Assembly: GCA_032718475.1 (NCBI GenBank) | Contig: JAUCBJ010007967.1 | Location: 17,753 to 81,752, forward strand | DNA from: Nemertoderma westbladi | Lineage: Eukaryota; Animalia; Xenacoelomorpha | Reading direction: 5' to 3' | Length of the DNA: 64,000 bases | Notes under the pieces: model-generated | What the model saw: only the letters and a program-made list of their open reading frames with translations | Told to the model about the DNA's origin: nothing | Databases searched by the model: none | Shown: positions 52,601 through 64,000 of the stretch, one piece after another | How the letters are laid out: each line of letters begins with the position of its first letter | Position numbering within the stretch: the stretch's first letter is position 1 | Program-made: the position numbers and the translations under genes

Positions 52601-53360
52601 ATCGCTTGGGGGCCAAATGTCTGAAAGTGAAAACCTTATCCCAATTCGTTATTAATATGATTTCAGGCTGACACTTGCCAGATGTGTAGTACACCATAGG
52701 GTGTGTGTCTAGGTAAGACGCCGAACCAACTGCAGTTTTCCATTCGGCCGCTAAGGGGCGAAATGTCTGAAAGTGAAAACCTTATCCCGTTTCGTTGTTT
52801 CTAATGCTTTTAGGCTGATACTTGTCAGAGGTCTACTACACCATAGACTGCGTGTTTGTGGAAAACTCTGACCAATCTGCAATTTCTCAGTCTGCCGCTA
52901 GAGGGTGAAATGTCTCAAGTGAAATTCTTCTCCCATTTCGTTGTTTCTAATGCTTTTTTGCTTATACTTGGGAAAGGTATACTACACCATAGGCTGTGTG
53001 TTTGGGGCGGATGCTAACCAGTCTGCAGATCTCCAGTATACTGCTAGAGGGTGCGAAATCGGGTCTGAAAAGTGAAAACATTCTCTCATTTATTTATTAA
53101 AAATGCTTTTAGGCTGATACTTGGCAGAGGTATACTGTACTACATCATAAGCTGCGTCTTTGGGAAGGACGTTGACCAGTCTGCAGTTCTCCAGTCCGCC
53201 ACTAGGGGACGAATTGTCTGAAAGTGAACTCCTTCTCCCATTTAAATTCTTTAGAGTTTATTCTTGGCAGCGATCTAAAAGTACTGTACAGTACCTACTA
53301 AACTAAATAAACTATAGGTTGTGTTTACGAGGATGATAACCACCTGCAGTTCTACAGTTT
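49700..53360 (+). repeat. 146-147-bp tandem array, ~14 units, each with a CTCF-like motif; interrupted by the RTE
   Basis: CCGCTAGGGGGC cores or variants at 49771, 49917, 50063, 50210, 50357, 50504, 52164, 52311, 52458, 52606, 52752, 52899, 53045, 53203. Confidence 0.92.
50573..52075 (+). mobile_element. 5'-truncated RTE-clade LINE with uninterrupted RT (ORF to 52030), (TAG)n tail and TSD
   Basis: FRGISL, QNGFR, FVDFFKAFDSV, GVLQGDTLAP, FADD, YLGS; TSD TAGACTGGTA (50563-50572) / TAGGCTGGTA (52076-52085). Confidence 0.95.
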
Positions 53361-53627
53361 AACCTTCTTCCATATTTTTACTATTTGTAATCCTTTGGAA
53401 ATTATACTTGGCAGGTATTTATCTACTTTATACAACCTTAAGCCTTATGTTGTACGTAGTATGTAGAAATTTGAAAAGTAAAACAGCTTCAGTCCTTTTG
53501 TTTGAGAGAACACTCAATCATGTGACGTTATGTTAATTATGTTAAGTTAATTAATTAATCTAATGTTTGGAATGGTGAATAGGCTTGTAATTGCAAAATG
53601 TTGACTATAACCTAAAAATATGTTTCA

Positions 53628-56600
53628 TGTAAAGGCTTTTGCGGATATAACTAGTCATTTTCCCCGCAAAGTACTGTGTAGGTGTTTTAGCGGACATAAA
53701 AAGCCATTTTTTCTGTATGTGTACTTTAGCGGACATAAACAGCCATTTTATCCCGCAATACGCCAATACTCTAAAGGATGGTGGTTCAGATGACGAAATC
53801 TGTCAGCTGATTTCCTGTCGACGTGAAACATCCTCTCTTTGTTCAGCTCACTCAGCTCAGCCAATCAGAGCGATTTTCATTTTTTCTTGTACAGAATCCT
53901 ATGGAAGATCGCGCAATGCATTACGGTCTTTGTTTACCTTTTCCTGAGCCCCAGAACATCGGCTTTGGAATTATTCTGAGTTTCAGACTTTAACCAAACA
54001 TTAGACGGCTTTGATTATAGGAACATATAACTGTTATCAGTACACACGAACCATACATACCTGTCCTACCGCATTATTTTACTTCTGTTTACTGTTGGTT
54101 ATTAATTGTTATAAGTTGATGGATATGTTGTTATATTTGGAGAATATCGATAAGTAATCATAAAACCCCAATCTTCTTGATATACTGAAGGTAAGAGGGA
54201 CCCGTTACCTGTAGCAATTGCGACTTACATTATAGTGGTTTTGGAGTGAATTGAATGCTATTTCATAATCCCTACATGTGTCAGTTGCTATTCTCCTTAT
54301 ATATGATCAAATTTAGTGAAGGTCGGCAGATCAGTGTGCAGCAGTGTGCGGTAGTGTGCATGAGTGTGACAGATAACAAAGCATTTCCTAAAGAATGCGC
54401 TTTATACGAAAATCATTAGCCATCCCGTTGTGTTTAGTGTAAGTCATAACTCTGTTTACATACTTAGAGCGCCACGTCCTAAAGGAACTGTTAATATTTC
54501 CCGAAAGTGAATAATATTTGTCAGAGATATTATAGTAACGAGCAATCGAATAATACAGTAAGTCTACACCGCAATAAGGTCAGAGCATCCGAATCCAGTC
54601 TCCCTTAACCGTGGGTGAATGGTCGCGCATAGACTGGCTTCGGCTAATGTAACTTTATGTGCACCAAATACTTGTTATAGGCTAAAGTCTATTTATAAAC
54701 TAGAAGACACCTAAAATTGGCAGGTTAAACTGCTAAAGGTCTAAAAGCGCAAACAATAACAGTTATTTTAGTTTCTTTATTGCAACATAGGCAATAAAGT
54801 CGAATGTACCGGTCGACCGGTAACCTGTAGGCCTAACTACCTAACCACCCGAACCGGTACTTACAGGTACATCAGTATTATTCGATTTTGATAATTATAT
54901 ACCGGTAGGTCTTGATATTTAATCAGGGACTGCAGCCCTGGTTTTTTATTGGGATTTTACTTATTTCTGTCAGTTTTATTTATCTGTAAGTTAATATTGA
55001 GCAGAAGGCGTGTAAGCCTGCTCAGATTGTACAAGTAATTTGTAGGCTGGATTGTTGACTGGCTGTTGTCAGGTCCGAAGAGATTGCAGTGTTTGTAGAG
55101 TGTATGTCCGATAAAATACTAGTTAGGAAGGTGGGGGCATCCAGTGTTGTAAGGTAAATCCCCTCCGAAAGAATAAGTCGTACTACTCCGTTAGAACGCA
55201 TACTAACTAACCATTTCGGAGTCTGCATATACTGTAGTTTATTTAGGCTTGATAGTAGTCTGTCAGCATTTGGTTTGTATTTTGTTTGTGTAGTCTGTAA
55301 GGGTAGCGTAATATTTATTATTCAGAGTTTATGCGATTATTCACAACATACACAACCCCAAGTTTATTCCTACAGTAATTATGCTTGTTATACATACCGT
55401 TATAGTTAAATTAATTAACCCCGGTACTACATCAGGGCTGTTTGGGGTAGGTAAAGACTGGTGATTTTATGCTCTAGTCACTCCAGCAGATACCGTGGTT
55501 CTTTTAGCTGTACAAGTATATTTAACTGCTGGTTATTTGTTGTATAAGTACTTGTACCTAATTTAGGGTTTAGTGTACAGTGCTTTCCGAAGGTAATTAG
55601 TGTGTAGGCAGTATATTTGTGTTGTAAAGTGGTTAATAGGCACGTTAGCTCTGGTTGGCTGCGGTAATTAACTTCTAGGTAGGGACACTCCGGGTACATA
55701 ACGTAGTACTTATAGAGCTGTAAAGCTAGAGACTATAAGTCGTCAGACGGTGGTATTTTCTTATCTAGACAACGCAATATATTTACTACTGCTTTATTAT
55801 TTTCAAATACCGTAGTATCCTGTCTGTTTGTAAGAACCAGAAATTCTAACTCCTTGTTAGGCTGGTTTGTAGATTTCTTGTAAAATTACCCCTAAAAATT
55901 TGTACGTGTAACTTTTGTGTTTATTTAGAGATTGTAATCTCACACAGTAATTGTACGTAATTTGTAGTAATAAGTAACTTAGTAAATTAGAATTATTTGT
56001 TTTAGTGTCCAACAAGTAGCACTCCACTGAGAGCGTTCAGCTTCTGTGTAGTGACTCCTCACCAGAAATAATAACATTTATTTCAAACATTGACAAAAAC
56101 CCATTATATGGGTATATATATATTATAAACCAACTCAAACCGATTTATAAAATAGTAGGCTTGTTATACTTCAATTAGGTCTTAATATCAGTTGGACTAC
56201 TGCTTAATAACAGTAATAAAGTAAAGAAAAGTACCCCTAAAAATTCAGAAAATCAGTTATTATAAAATAATTGACATACCGGTATTTACGATAGGCTTAT
56301 TATATTTATTTCTATAAATTTAAGTTGAAATTATATACCGGTATTCTGAAATTAATTCTAGCCTGTAATAATAATTATATATATACTATAAGTGTATGCT
56401 GTATACCGGTATTTACGATAGGCTTATTGTATTTATTTATATAAATTTATGCTGAAATTATATACCGGTATTCTGTGACAAACCCTGGTCTGTAATCATA
56501 CTTATATATATACTATAAGTATATACCTGTATTCTAATATATTGTATATATCACGTTACACTGAGTAACGGTACCGGTAATTAATTACTAGGCTTATAGT

Positions 56601-59600
56601 TGATACTGAATTACTAGACTTGCTTTAACTGTAGTTATAGTAGTAGACATTCAACTGTACAATCAAACATGGCTGACACAAAACAAACTCTGTCAGATAG
56701 CCTCCTAGAAACAACAGTCTGCGATCCAGATAGGAGTGCGGAACATTTGAGACCAAAGTTCAAGTCCCCTCCTACTGTAAGAAAAGTCATCCCTTCAGTA
56801 GTAGTATCAGACCCTAGGCTAGTAAAACACCGTAGGTCTATCATAGGCACTCGGGCTCAAGTCAAGCGGGACCAAGAGGCAGCTGTTAAACAGCAGCAAC
56901 ACTCGAACTGAGAACTTATTTCTCAGCGGCCCGATAGCTCCAGTAGTTCAGATACTGTAGAGTTGACATCCGAACGCAGAGCCAAGATGGCAGAAGCAGT
57001 TTATTCGGATCCACTTCTCATTCTTCCTGAAGCCGTACTCACTAGGGTATTGATTGCGGTGGAAGAACATCAAATCGATTGGGCGAGAAGTAAGCGATCA
57101 ACCAAGGACAGTTATGCGGGATACACAAGGGAGGAACTGAAGTCTATTGTCGAGACGCAATGGAACTTCCCTGGACCCGGACTCCCGTTTAACTTATCGG
57201 AAGCTGCCTGGGAGGACCTATACAGGATGGGAGTGACAAAAGACACAAGAGATCCAGCTGTGTGGAAGAGGTCGGCAGCAGGATATGTACAGGGATTCTT
57301 CAGCTCTTTGGAGCGATTAGAGGAACAACTGTTTCAACAACCCCAAGGACCTCAAGAGCAGGGAGAGCTGCTTTACCAAGTTCGAGAACGAATCCTAAGA
57401 ATCAGCTGATCCTTTCGGCCTTTGAGGAAGCCTCGAAGAAAAGCCAAGACACGTCGTTGCAAGTTGCCGTAAAGACTTGATAATTAGGCCTGTTCTCGAA
57501 GCCACCCCCTCTGTGATAGAGACCCCTGTACTTCCAGAACCCAACTCTAAATTCCCTTTGCACAGCACTAAACTACCTGTGCCCAGTAGAACAGCCCCTG
57601 AGACAATTCCTGTCCTGGACGCCGAGCGAGACATCAACGATTTATTGCCCGTCGTCCCTCGTCTACCCGCTACTATGTTGGAGGCTCCCGCTTCGGTGGT
57701 CGAGTGGGTGGATGAGGGATGGCGGGGGATGGATCTCCTGTTCGGGCAGATGCAGGAGACTGTTCAACAGTTCAAGGGAACAGTAAGGGAAAGTAGGTTA
57801 GAGTTGCAAGAAGTGCAGCAGAGTATCGCGTTAGAACGCGATAAATTAGTAAATATACAAAGGGGTATACCACCACCCCCTGTAACAATGTGTCAACCTG
57901 TTAGGTCTGAAGTATTTCATGCGCAAGGTGTGGAGCCTATACGCATCTATACTGCTAGTGAAGTAGAAACTCCTATAGTAAACCCTATTAAGGGTAATTA
58001 TAAACCTGTTGACAATGATATTCCATATAGACCTGATCATAATCCGAGAAATTTATATACCGATAACTCGATATTAAATAACACGATGGCCCAAGAAAGT
58101 TTTACGCGTCAAATGGCTAGAACCGAAGCCCGTCAAGCGGTAAAAGTGGGAGAGATCGTCAAGTTCAATGGAGATGAGATGAAATGGTTACCTTTTAATG
58201 AATATTACAAAGATAACATACAGAACTCTGTACTATCTAACGGAGAGAAACTTAGATTCCTCATCGAGTGCTTGGAAGGACCTCCCAAGTTAATGGCGTT
58301 AAAGTTTATTGGACATCCAGATGGATTAAGACAAGTTTGGGATACACTAAACATCAGGTATGGTAATAGGACTAACATAGCTAAGTATTTGTATGCGAAA
58401 TTAATGGCGCCCCGAAAGTTTCTTAGCAGTGGGATTATAGAGTTTTCCGACGAGATTCAGGAGATCTGTAGACAACTAGATTGGTTAGGTAAGTCTCATG
58501 AATACCAGAATTCTATGGTTGTAGGAGCCTTAGCATCAACTTTGCCAAAGGGTGGAGTAGGTACTCGCTGGGACAAAAGGGTTCTCTATTTGATGGACCA
58601 ACAACATAGAGATCCAACCATGACGGACCTTCTGTCATTCTTAAACAGAGAGGTAAGATTACAACTCCTAAAACAGTCTCGAGAGAAGACTCCAGAAAGT
58701 GAGGTAAGTGAAAAACCCGTTTCTAGGAGAAAGGTAATACCAGTGTGTGATACAGACGACGGCGAAAGCCAAACCTCCCACGAGGAGAACAGTGGGAAAG
58801 ATACCGAAAGATCTTATTATGTCAACAAAACTCGGAAAGACGTAAGTAAATCTAAGTCTCGAACCAGTGACAGGAGAGAACAGGTAACAACAACTCCTCC
58901 CACGTCTCCTAAGAGAATTCATGGAAGAAAGCCCGAGGAAAGAACAAGTGTGCACCAAACAGCACAGGTTAAAGTAAGTAACATCAAGCCCAAATGTGTA
59001 TTGTGCGACGGGCCCCATCGCTTGAGTGGGTGTGATGAATTCTTAAAGAAATCCCTTAAAGATAGACGTGATGTCATGTGGGATAAGCGGTTGTGTTATA
59101 ATTGCCTCAGACGAGGACACCAACGGCGGACCTGTTACTCAGATGCTAGTTGCGCTAAGTGCGGCGCGAAACATCATATCTTGCTGCACACAGAATTTGA
59201 AAGAACCTGCACGTGTCAGGTAAGTGAGCCCGAACGACATGTCCAATTCAGTGATGTGAACGACACTGACCACAGCTCTGAGATGGAAGGATTTTACACG
59301 GACGAATTCTCCGACGAAAACGAATCCTGTTATATGATAAACACCGCAGTGTATCGAGCGCTTACGTATGAGACTGAGACCGATAATGAAGTCCAATCGA
59401 CTATTCCCGACCGACAACCATCTTGGAAAGCGCCAACTTCCAACGTCGGAATTCGGGAATTCCCAGTAGTTCAGCTGAGAGTCCATGGGTCAGGTAAGAG
59501 TTTTATAGTAAACGCCCTCCTGGACTCCGGCAGCACAAGAACATTCATCGACAAAGAACTAGCCGAAGACATCTTTGCTGGACAACCCAAGTTCCGAACT

Positions 59601-59742
59601 AAGTTGAACCTTTTAGGAATTATGCAGGTTTGGAAATCCACAGTAGCTACAGACTACTATGTAGGCGCGTTGTCCACTCCCCAGGACGAACTAGGAGAAC
59701 ATAGCATAAGGTCAGTAAACATGGTGGCGATAAAAAACTTTG
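53628..59742 (+). mobile_element. BEL-derived element, copy D (diverged subfamily), cut inside the protease by copy E
   Basis: TGTAAAGG head, leader colinear with copy A, gag-protease from 56669. Confidence 0.88.
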
Positions 59743-59747
59743 TGTAA
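56669..59747 (+). pseudogene. BEL/Pao gag-protease, copy D (stops in the N-terminal part; 57477-59747 open)
   Basis: Same DUF1759, triple knuckle and LLDSGS motifs as 15518-17860. Confidence 0.9.
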
Positions 59748-62700
59748 AAGCTTCTGTGGGATATAACTGGCCCCTTTGCTTCGCAATCCAGTTTCCCCCC
59801 AGGCGCTGGAATACTCTAAAAAGGTTCTCTAACTGTATATATATTCCCCTCGCCCGCAAGGTACCGTTACAGGTGTTTTAACGGACATAAAAGTCATTCT
59901 GCTATATACGGTAAGGTATATATGGTAAGGCAAAAAACCTGCAATGCACCAAATACCTTTCACAGCTTAGCCGTGATGATTCATATTACGACATCTAACA
60001 GCTGGTTGCTGACATGGAAACAGCCATTGGACGCATGGTTCTTTGTTTGGCTTGAGCCAATCAGAGCGATTTTTCCTGTCGACGTGTAGCTTTTCGGCCG
60101 ATCATAAGGAGAGTGTTCAGTCTTACTGTTTTTACTTGATACTTTGTGTTATTGCTATCTAGGCCAGGAACAACGGCTCTAGAGTCAATTCGTTTCAGAC
60201 TTTAGAAGAAACATTAGTAGGCTTAAGATTATAGAGCGTATAACTGTTATCGGTTCATAACAACTCACATATCGGTCCATATCAGTACATTGTCATATCA
60301 TATCTTAATCTACCGTCTTAATAGTTTGCTGTTGTTTGGTTGAATATTATTTGGAGAACATTTATAAAGAACCCAAATTTCCCAATTTTCTTGATACACT
60401 ACAGGTTAGAGAGACGGGTTATATATAGCGATTGCGACTTATATTATTGTGGTTTGTAGTGAATTTAATGCTATTTGATAAGCACTACATGAATCCGTTG
60501 CTGTTCTCTTTATATATGATAAAATTCATTGACGGTCGGCAAATTAGTGAGCAGTATTGTGTGTTACCGGTAGTGTGCATGATTGTGACTGATAACTAAG
60601 CATTTCCTAAAGAATGCGCCTCATACGTGAATCATAAGCCTTACCGACTTACCGTTGTGATTAGTATAAGTCATATCTCTGTTTACTTAGATAGAGCGCC
60701 ACGTCCTAAAGGAACTGTTAATATTTCCCGAAAGTGAATAATATTAGTCAGAAATTAATTATTAACGATCAATCGAATAATACAGTACAGTAAGCTTACA
60801 CTGCAATAATAATCTAAGCCCTCAGAATCCAGTCTCCCGGGAATATCCAGCGGGTGAATGGACGCGCACTAGGCTGGCTTCTGCTAATGTTGTGTTTATT
60901 GGTATTAAATATTTGTCATCTTCTAAAGTCTATTTATAAACCAAAAGACATATAAATTTTGGCAGGTTAAACTGCTAAAGGTCTTCAAAAGCGCGTACAA
61001 TAACAGTTATTGACTTTATTGCAGTAAGCAATAAAGTTGAAAGTACCGGTCGACCGGTAAACCTGAACCGGTACTTCTGTAGGTCCGTAGGCCCAACTGC
61101 CAGAACCGGTACTGCTGTAGGTCCGTAGGTCCAACTGTCAGAACCGGTACTTCTGTAGGCCTGTAGGCCCAACTGTCCTAACCGGTACTTCCAGTACAAG
61201 TACATTAGTATTATTCGATTTTGATTATTGTATACTGGTAGGTCTTAGTATTTAATCAGGGACTGCAGCCCTGGTTTTTTATTGAGATTTTACTCATTTC
61301 TGTCGGTTTTATTTACATGTAAGTTAATATTGAGCTGAAGACGTGTAAGTCTGCTCAGATTGTTCAGATAATTGTAGGCCGGACTGTTGTTAGATTGTTG
61401 TTGAGTTTGGAGAGATTACGGCGTGTGTAGAGTTTGTCCGATAGAGTGCCAGTTAGTAAGTTGGGGCAGCCATCGCTGTAAGGTCAATCCCCTCTTAAAG
61501 AATAAGTCGTACTACCGTGTTAGAACACATACTAACTAACAATTTCAGAATCTGCACATACTGTAGTTTATTTAGGCTTGACAGTATTCTGCCAGCGTTT
61601 TGGCCTGTGTTTGTTTGTGCGGTCTGTTCAGGTACCGTAATAGTTATTACTCAGATATTTTGTAGGCTGGATTGTTGTCTAGCTATTATTAGGTCTAAAG
61701 AGATTGCTGCGTGTGTAGAGTTTGTCTGATAAAGTGCCAGTTAGTAAGTTGGGGCAGCCATAGCTGTAAGGTCAATCCCCTCTTAAAGAATAAGTCGTAC
61801 TACCGTGTTAGAACGCATACTAACTAACCATTTCAGAATCTACACGTACGGTAGTTTATTTAGGCTTGGTGGTAGTCTGCCAGCGTTTTGGTTTGTATTT
61901 GTTTGAGTATTCTGTACGGGTAGCGTAATATTTATTATTCAGAGTTTATGCGATTATTCGCAACATTCATGTCCCCGAGTTTATTCCTACAGTAATTGTG
62001 TTTGTTATACATACCGTTATAGTTAAATTAACCCCGGTACTACACGGGCTGCTTGGCGTAGGACAAGACTGGTGATTTTGTGCACCGGTCACTCCAGCAG
62101 ATGCCGTGGTTCTTTTAACTGTTCAAGTATATTTAACTACTGATTATTTGTTGTACCAGTACTTGTACCTAATTTAGGGTTTAGTGTACAGTGCTTTCCG
62201 AGGTAATTAGTGTGTAGGCAGTATATTTGTGTTGTAAAGTGGTTAATAGGCACGCTGGATCTGGTAGTCCGCGGTAATTAACTTCTAGGTAGGAACACTC
62301 CGTGATACATAATGTAGTACCTATAGCGATACGGTTATAGGTCGTCAGGCGGTGGTATTTTCCTATCTGGACAACGCAGTGTATTTACTACTACTTATTA
62401 TTTTCAAATACCGTAGTACCCTGTCCGTTGTAATAACCAGAATTCTAACCCTTTGTTAGGCTGGTTTGTAGACTTCCTGTAAAATTACCCTAAAAATTCG
62501 TACGTAATATTTTTGTTGTGTTTAATTAGAGATTTAATCTCAACCATATCGTAAGTAATTTGTAGTATTAAGTAACTTAGGTAAATTAGAATTATCTGTT
62601 TTAGTGTCCAATAAATAACACTTCACTGAGAGCGCACAGCTTCTGTGTAGTGACTTCCCCAGAAATAATAACATTTATTTCAAATATTGACAAAACCCCT

Positions 62701-64000
62701 TTTAAACGGGTATATACATATTATAAATCAACTCAAACGATTTATAAATAGTAGGCCTACCATACAACAACTAGGTCTCCATATCAGTTGGACTACTGCT
62801 TAATTAACGGTAATAAAGTAAGTTAAAGTAACCAAGTAACCCTAAAATATTCAGAAATTCAATTATTCTAAAATAATTGACATACCGGTATTTACCATAG
62901 GCTTATTATATTTATTTCTATAAATTTGGGCTGAAATCATACCGTTATTCTGCAATTAATTCTAGTCTGTAATAATTATACTTATATATACTATAAGTGT
63001 CAGCTGTATACCGGTATTCACGATAGGCCTATTATATATTTATATATATTTGTGCTAAATTTATATACCGGTACTCTGTGACAAATCTAGTCTGTAATAA
63101 TACTTATATATATATTATAAGCATACCGGTATTCTAATATATTATATATATATCACGCTACACTGAGTAGCAGTATCGGTAATTAATTATTAGGCTAACA
63201 GCGATACTGAATTACTAGACTTGCTTTAACTGTAATATAGCAGTAGGCATTCAACTGTACAATCAAACATGGCTGACACAAGGCAAACTCTGTCAGATAG
63301 TCTCCTAGAAACAACAGCCTGTTTCTCAGATCAAAGTGTAGAGAATCCCAGACCGAGGTCTGAAACCCCTCATACTGTAAGAAGGGCAACCCCTGCAGTG
63401 GTTGTGTCAGAACCTAGGTTGGTAGAAGCGATTTCGCAATTTGCGAAGTTAGTGAAGCGCCGTCGGTCTGCCATAGGCACTCGGGCCCAAGTCAAGCGGG
63501 AACAAGAAGAAGCTATAAAACAGCAGCAACCTCCTAGCCAAGAACCTAGTTCTCAGCGGCCCGATAGCTCCAGTAGTTCGGATACTGTTGAGCGGATGCC
63601 CGAACGCGGAGCGAAGATGGCGGATACGGTTTATGATGAGCGGCCAACCTATGAAGAATCAACCGACGCTACTTCTTCTCAAGTGGAAAGCGAGGTGGAA
63701 AGCGAGGTGGAAAGCGAAGTGGAAAGCGAATTAACAGCAGCAGAGAAGCCGCGAACTAGAGACGCCATTGACATCTATCTGTCAGACTATCAGCGATTCA
63801 TAGGAGACGAAGAGTTGAGGAGACGACTGTCTGGACTTCGCCCTAATAGTGAAGGAACCAAGCTTGTGTTGGACGCAATCGATGCGGAAATGTTAGCTGC
63901 ACTCCAAGCTGAATTTGATGAAAAACTCCGCCTCACTAGAGTCCAAGAAGAACAAATAAAGAAAAAACAGATAGAGGAACGAGGGGCAGCAGCAATAGCA
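59743..64000 (+). mobile_element. BEL-derived element, copy E (close relative of A), runs off the window
   Basis: Very similar to 10243-14450 apart from the head cassette. Confidence 0.9.
63269..64000 (+). CDS. N-terminus of the gag polyprotein, copy E, open to the window end
   Basis: MADTRQTLSDS...; reads through the position frameshifted in copy A. Confidence 0.8.
   Translation, partial: MADTRQTLSDSLLETTACFSDQSVENPRPRSETPHTVRRATPAVVVSEPRLVEAISQFAKLVKRRRSAIGTRAQVKREQEEAIKQQQPPSQEPSSQRPDSSSSSDTVERMPERGAKMADTVYDERPTYEESTDATSSQVESEVESEVESEVESELTAAEKPRTRDAIDIYLSDYQRFIGDEELRRRLSGLRPNSEGTKLVLDAIDAEMLAALQAEFDEKLRLTRVQEEQIKKKQIEERGAAAIA

Larger units (their letters stand above)
49459..53627 (+). 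mobile_element. Non-autonomous Helitron, 5' portion (3' end not seen)
   Basis: Starts TCTATATATATAAA...(GTCT)n; inserted between A and T (empty site CCTAGGTA|TTATT at ~46048); internal tandem array. Confidence 0.8.

Overview
Repeat-dense region of an animal genome (spliceosomal introns, animal-type genes; probably a marine invertebrate); there is no prokaryotic content. 1-10.2 kb is three blocks of an 18/22-bp palindromic satellite (TTGGATCCGTCCAACAAC) separated by unique spacers. A family of elements starting TGTAAA(A/G)G occurs five times (10243, 20481, 23909, 53628, 59743). Three copies carry a 3-3.5-kb leader and a BEL/Pao gag(-protease) ORF, and the one complete copy has lost RT and integrase by in-frame deletion. 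The host genes are a spliced PWWP2-like gene (exons 28416-31399 and 37138-37492), an intronless METTL27-like methyltransferase nested in its intron, and a convergent intronless, divergent BCAT. The rest is Helitron/Helentron-type elements with captured fragments, an RTE LINE with TSD, a solo LTR and minisatellites. Top observations: (1) a 680-bp tandem repeat whose minus strand encodes a complete hammerhead ribozyme core in a non-circularly permuted, pseudoknotted order (21623-21694, 22303-22374); (2) the RT-less BEL gag-protease composite elements with swapped promoter and N-terminal modules; (3) a Helitron-borne 146-147-bp array of CTCF-like sites. All calls are by eye; no alignments or searches were run.
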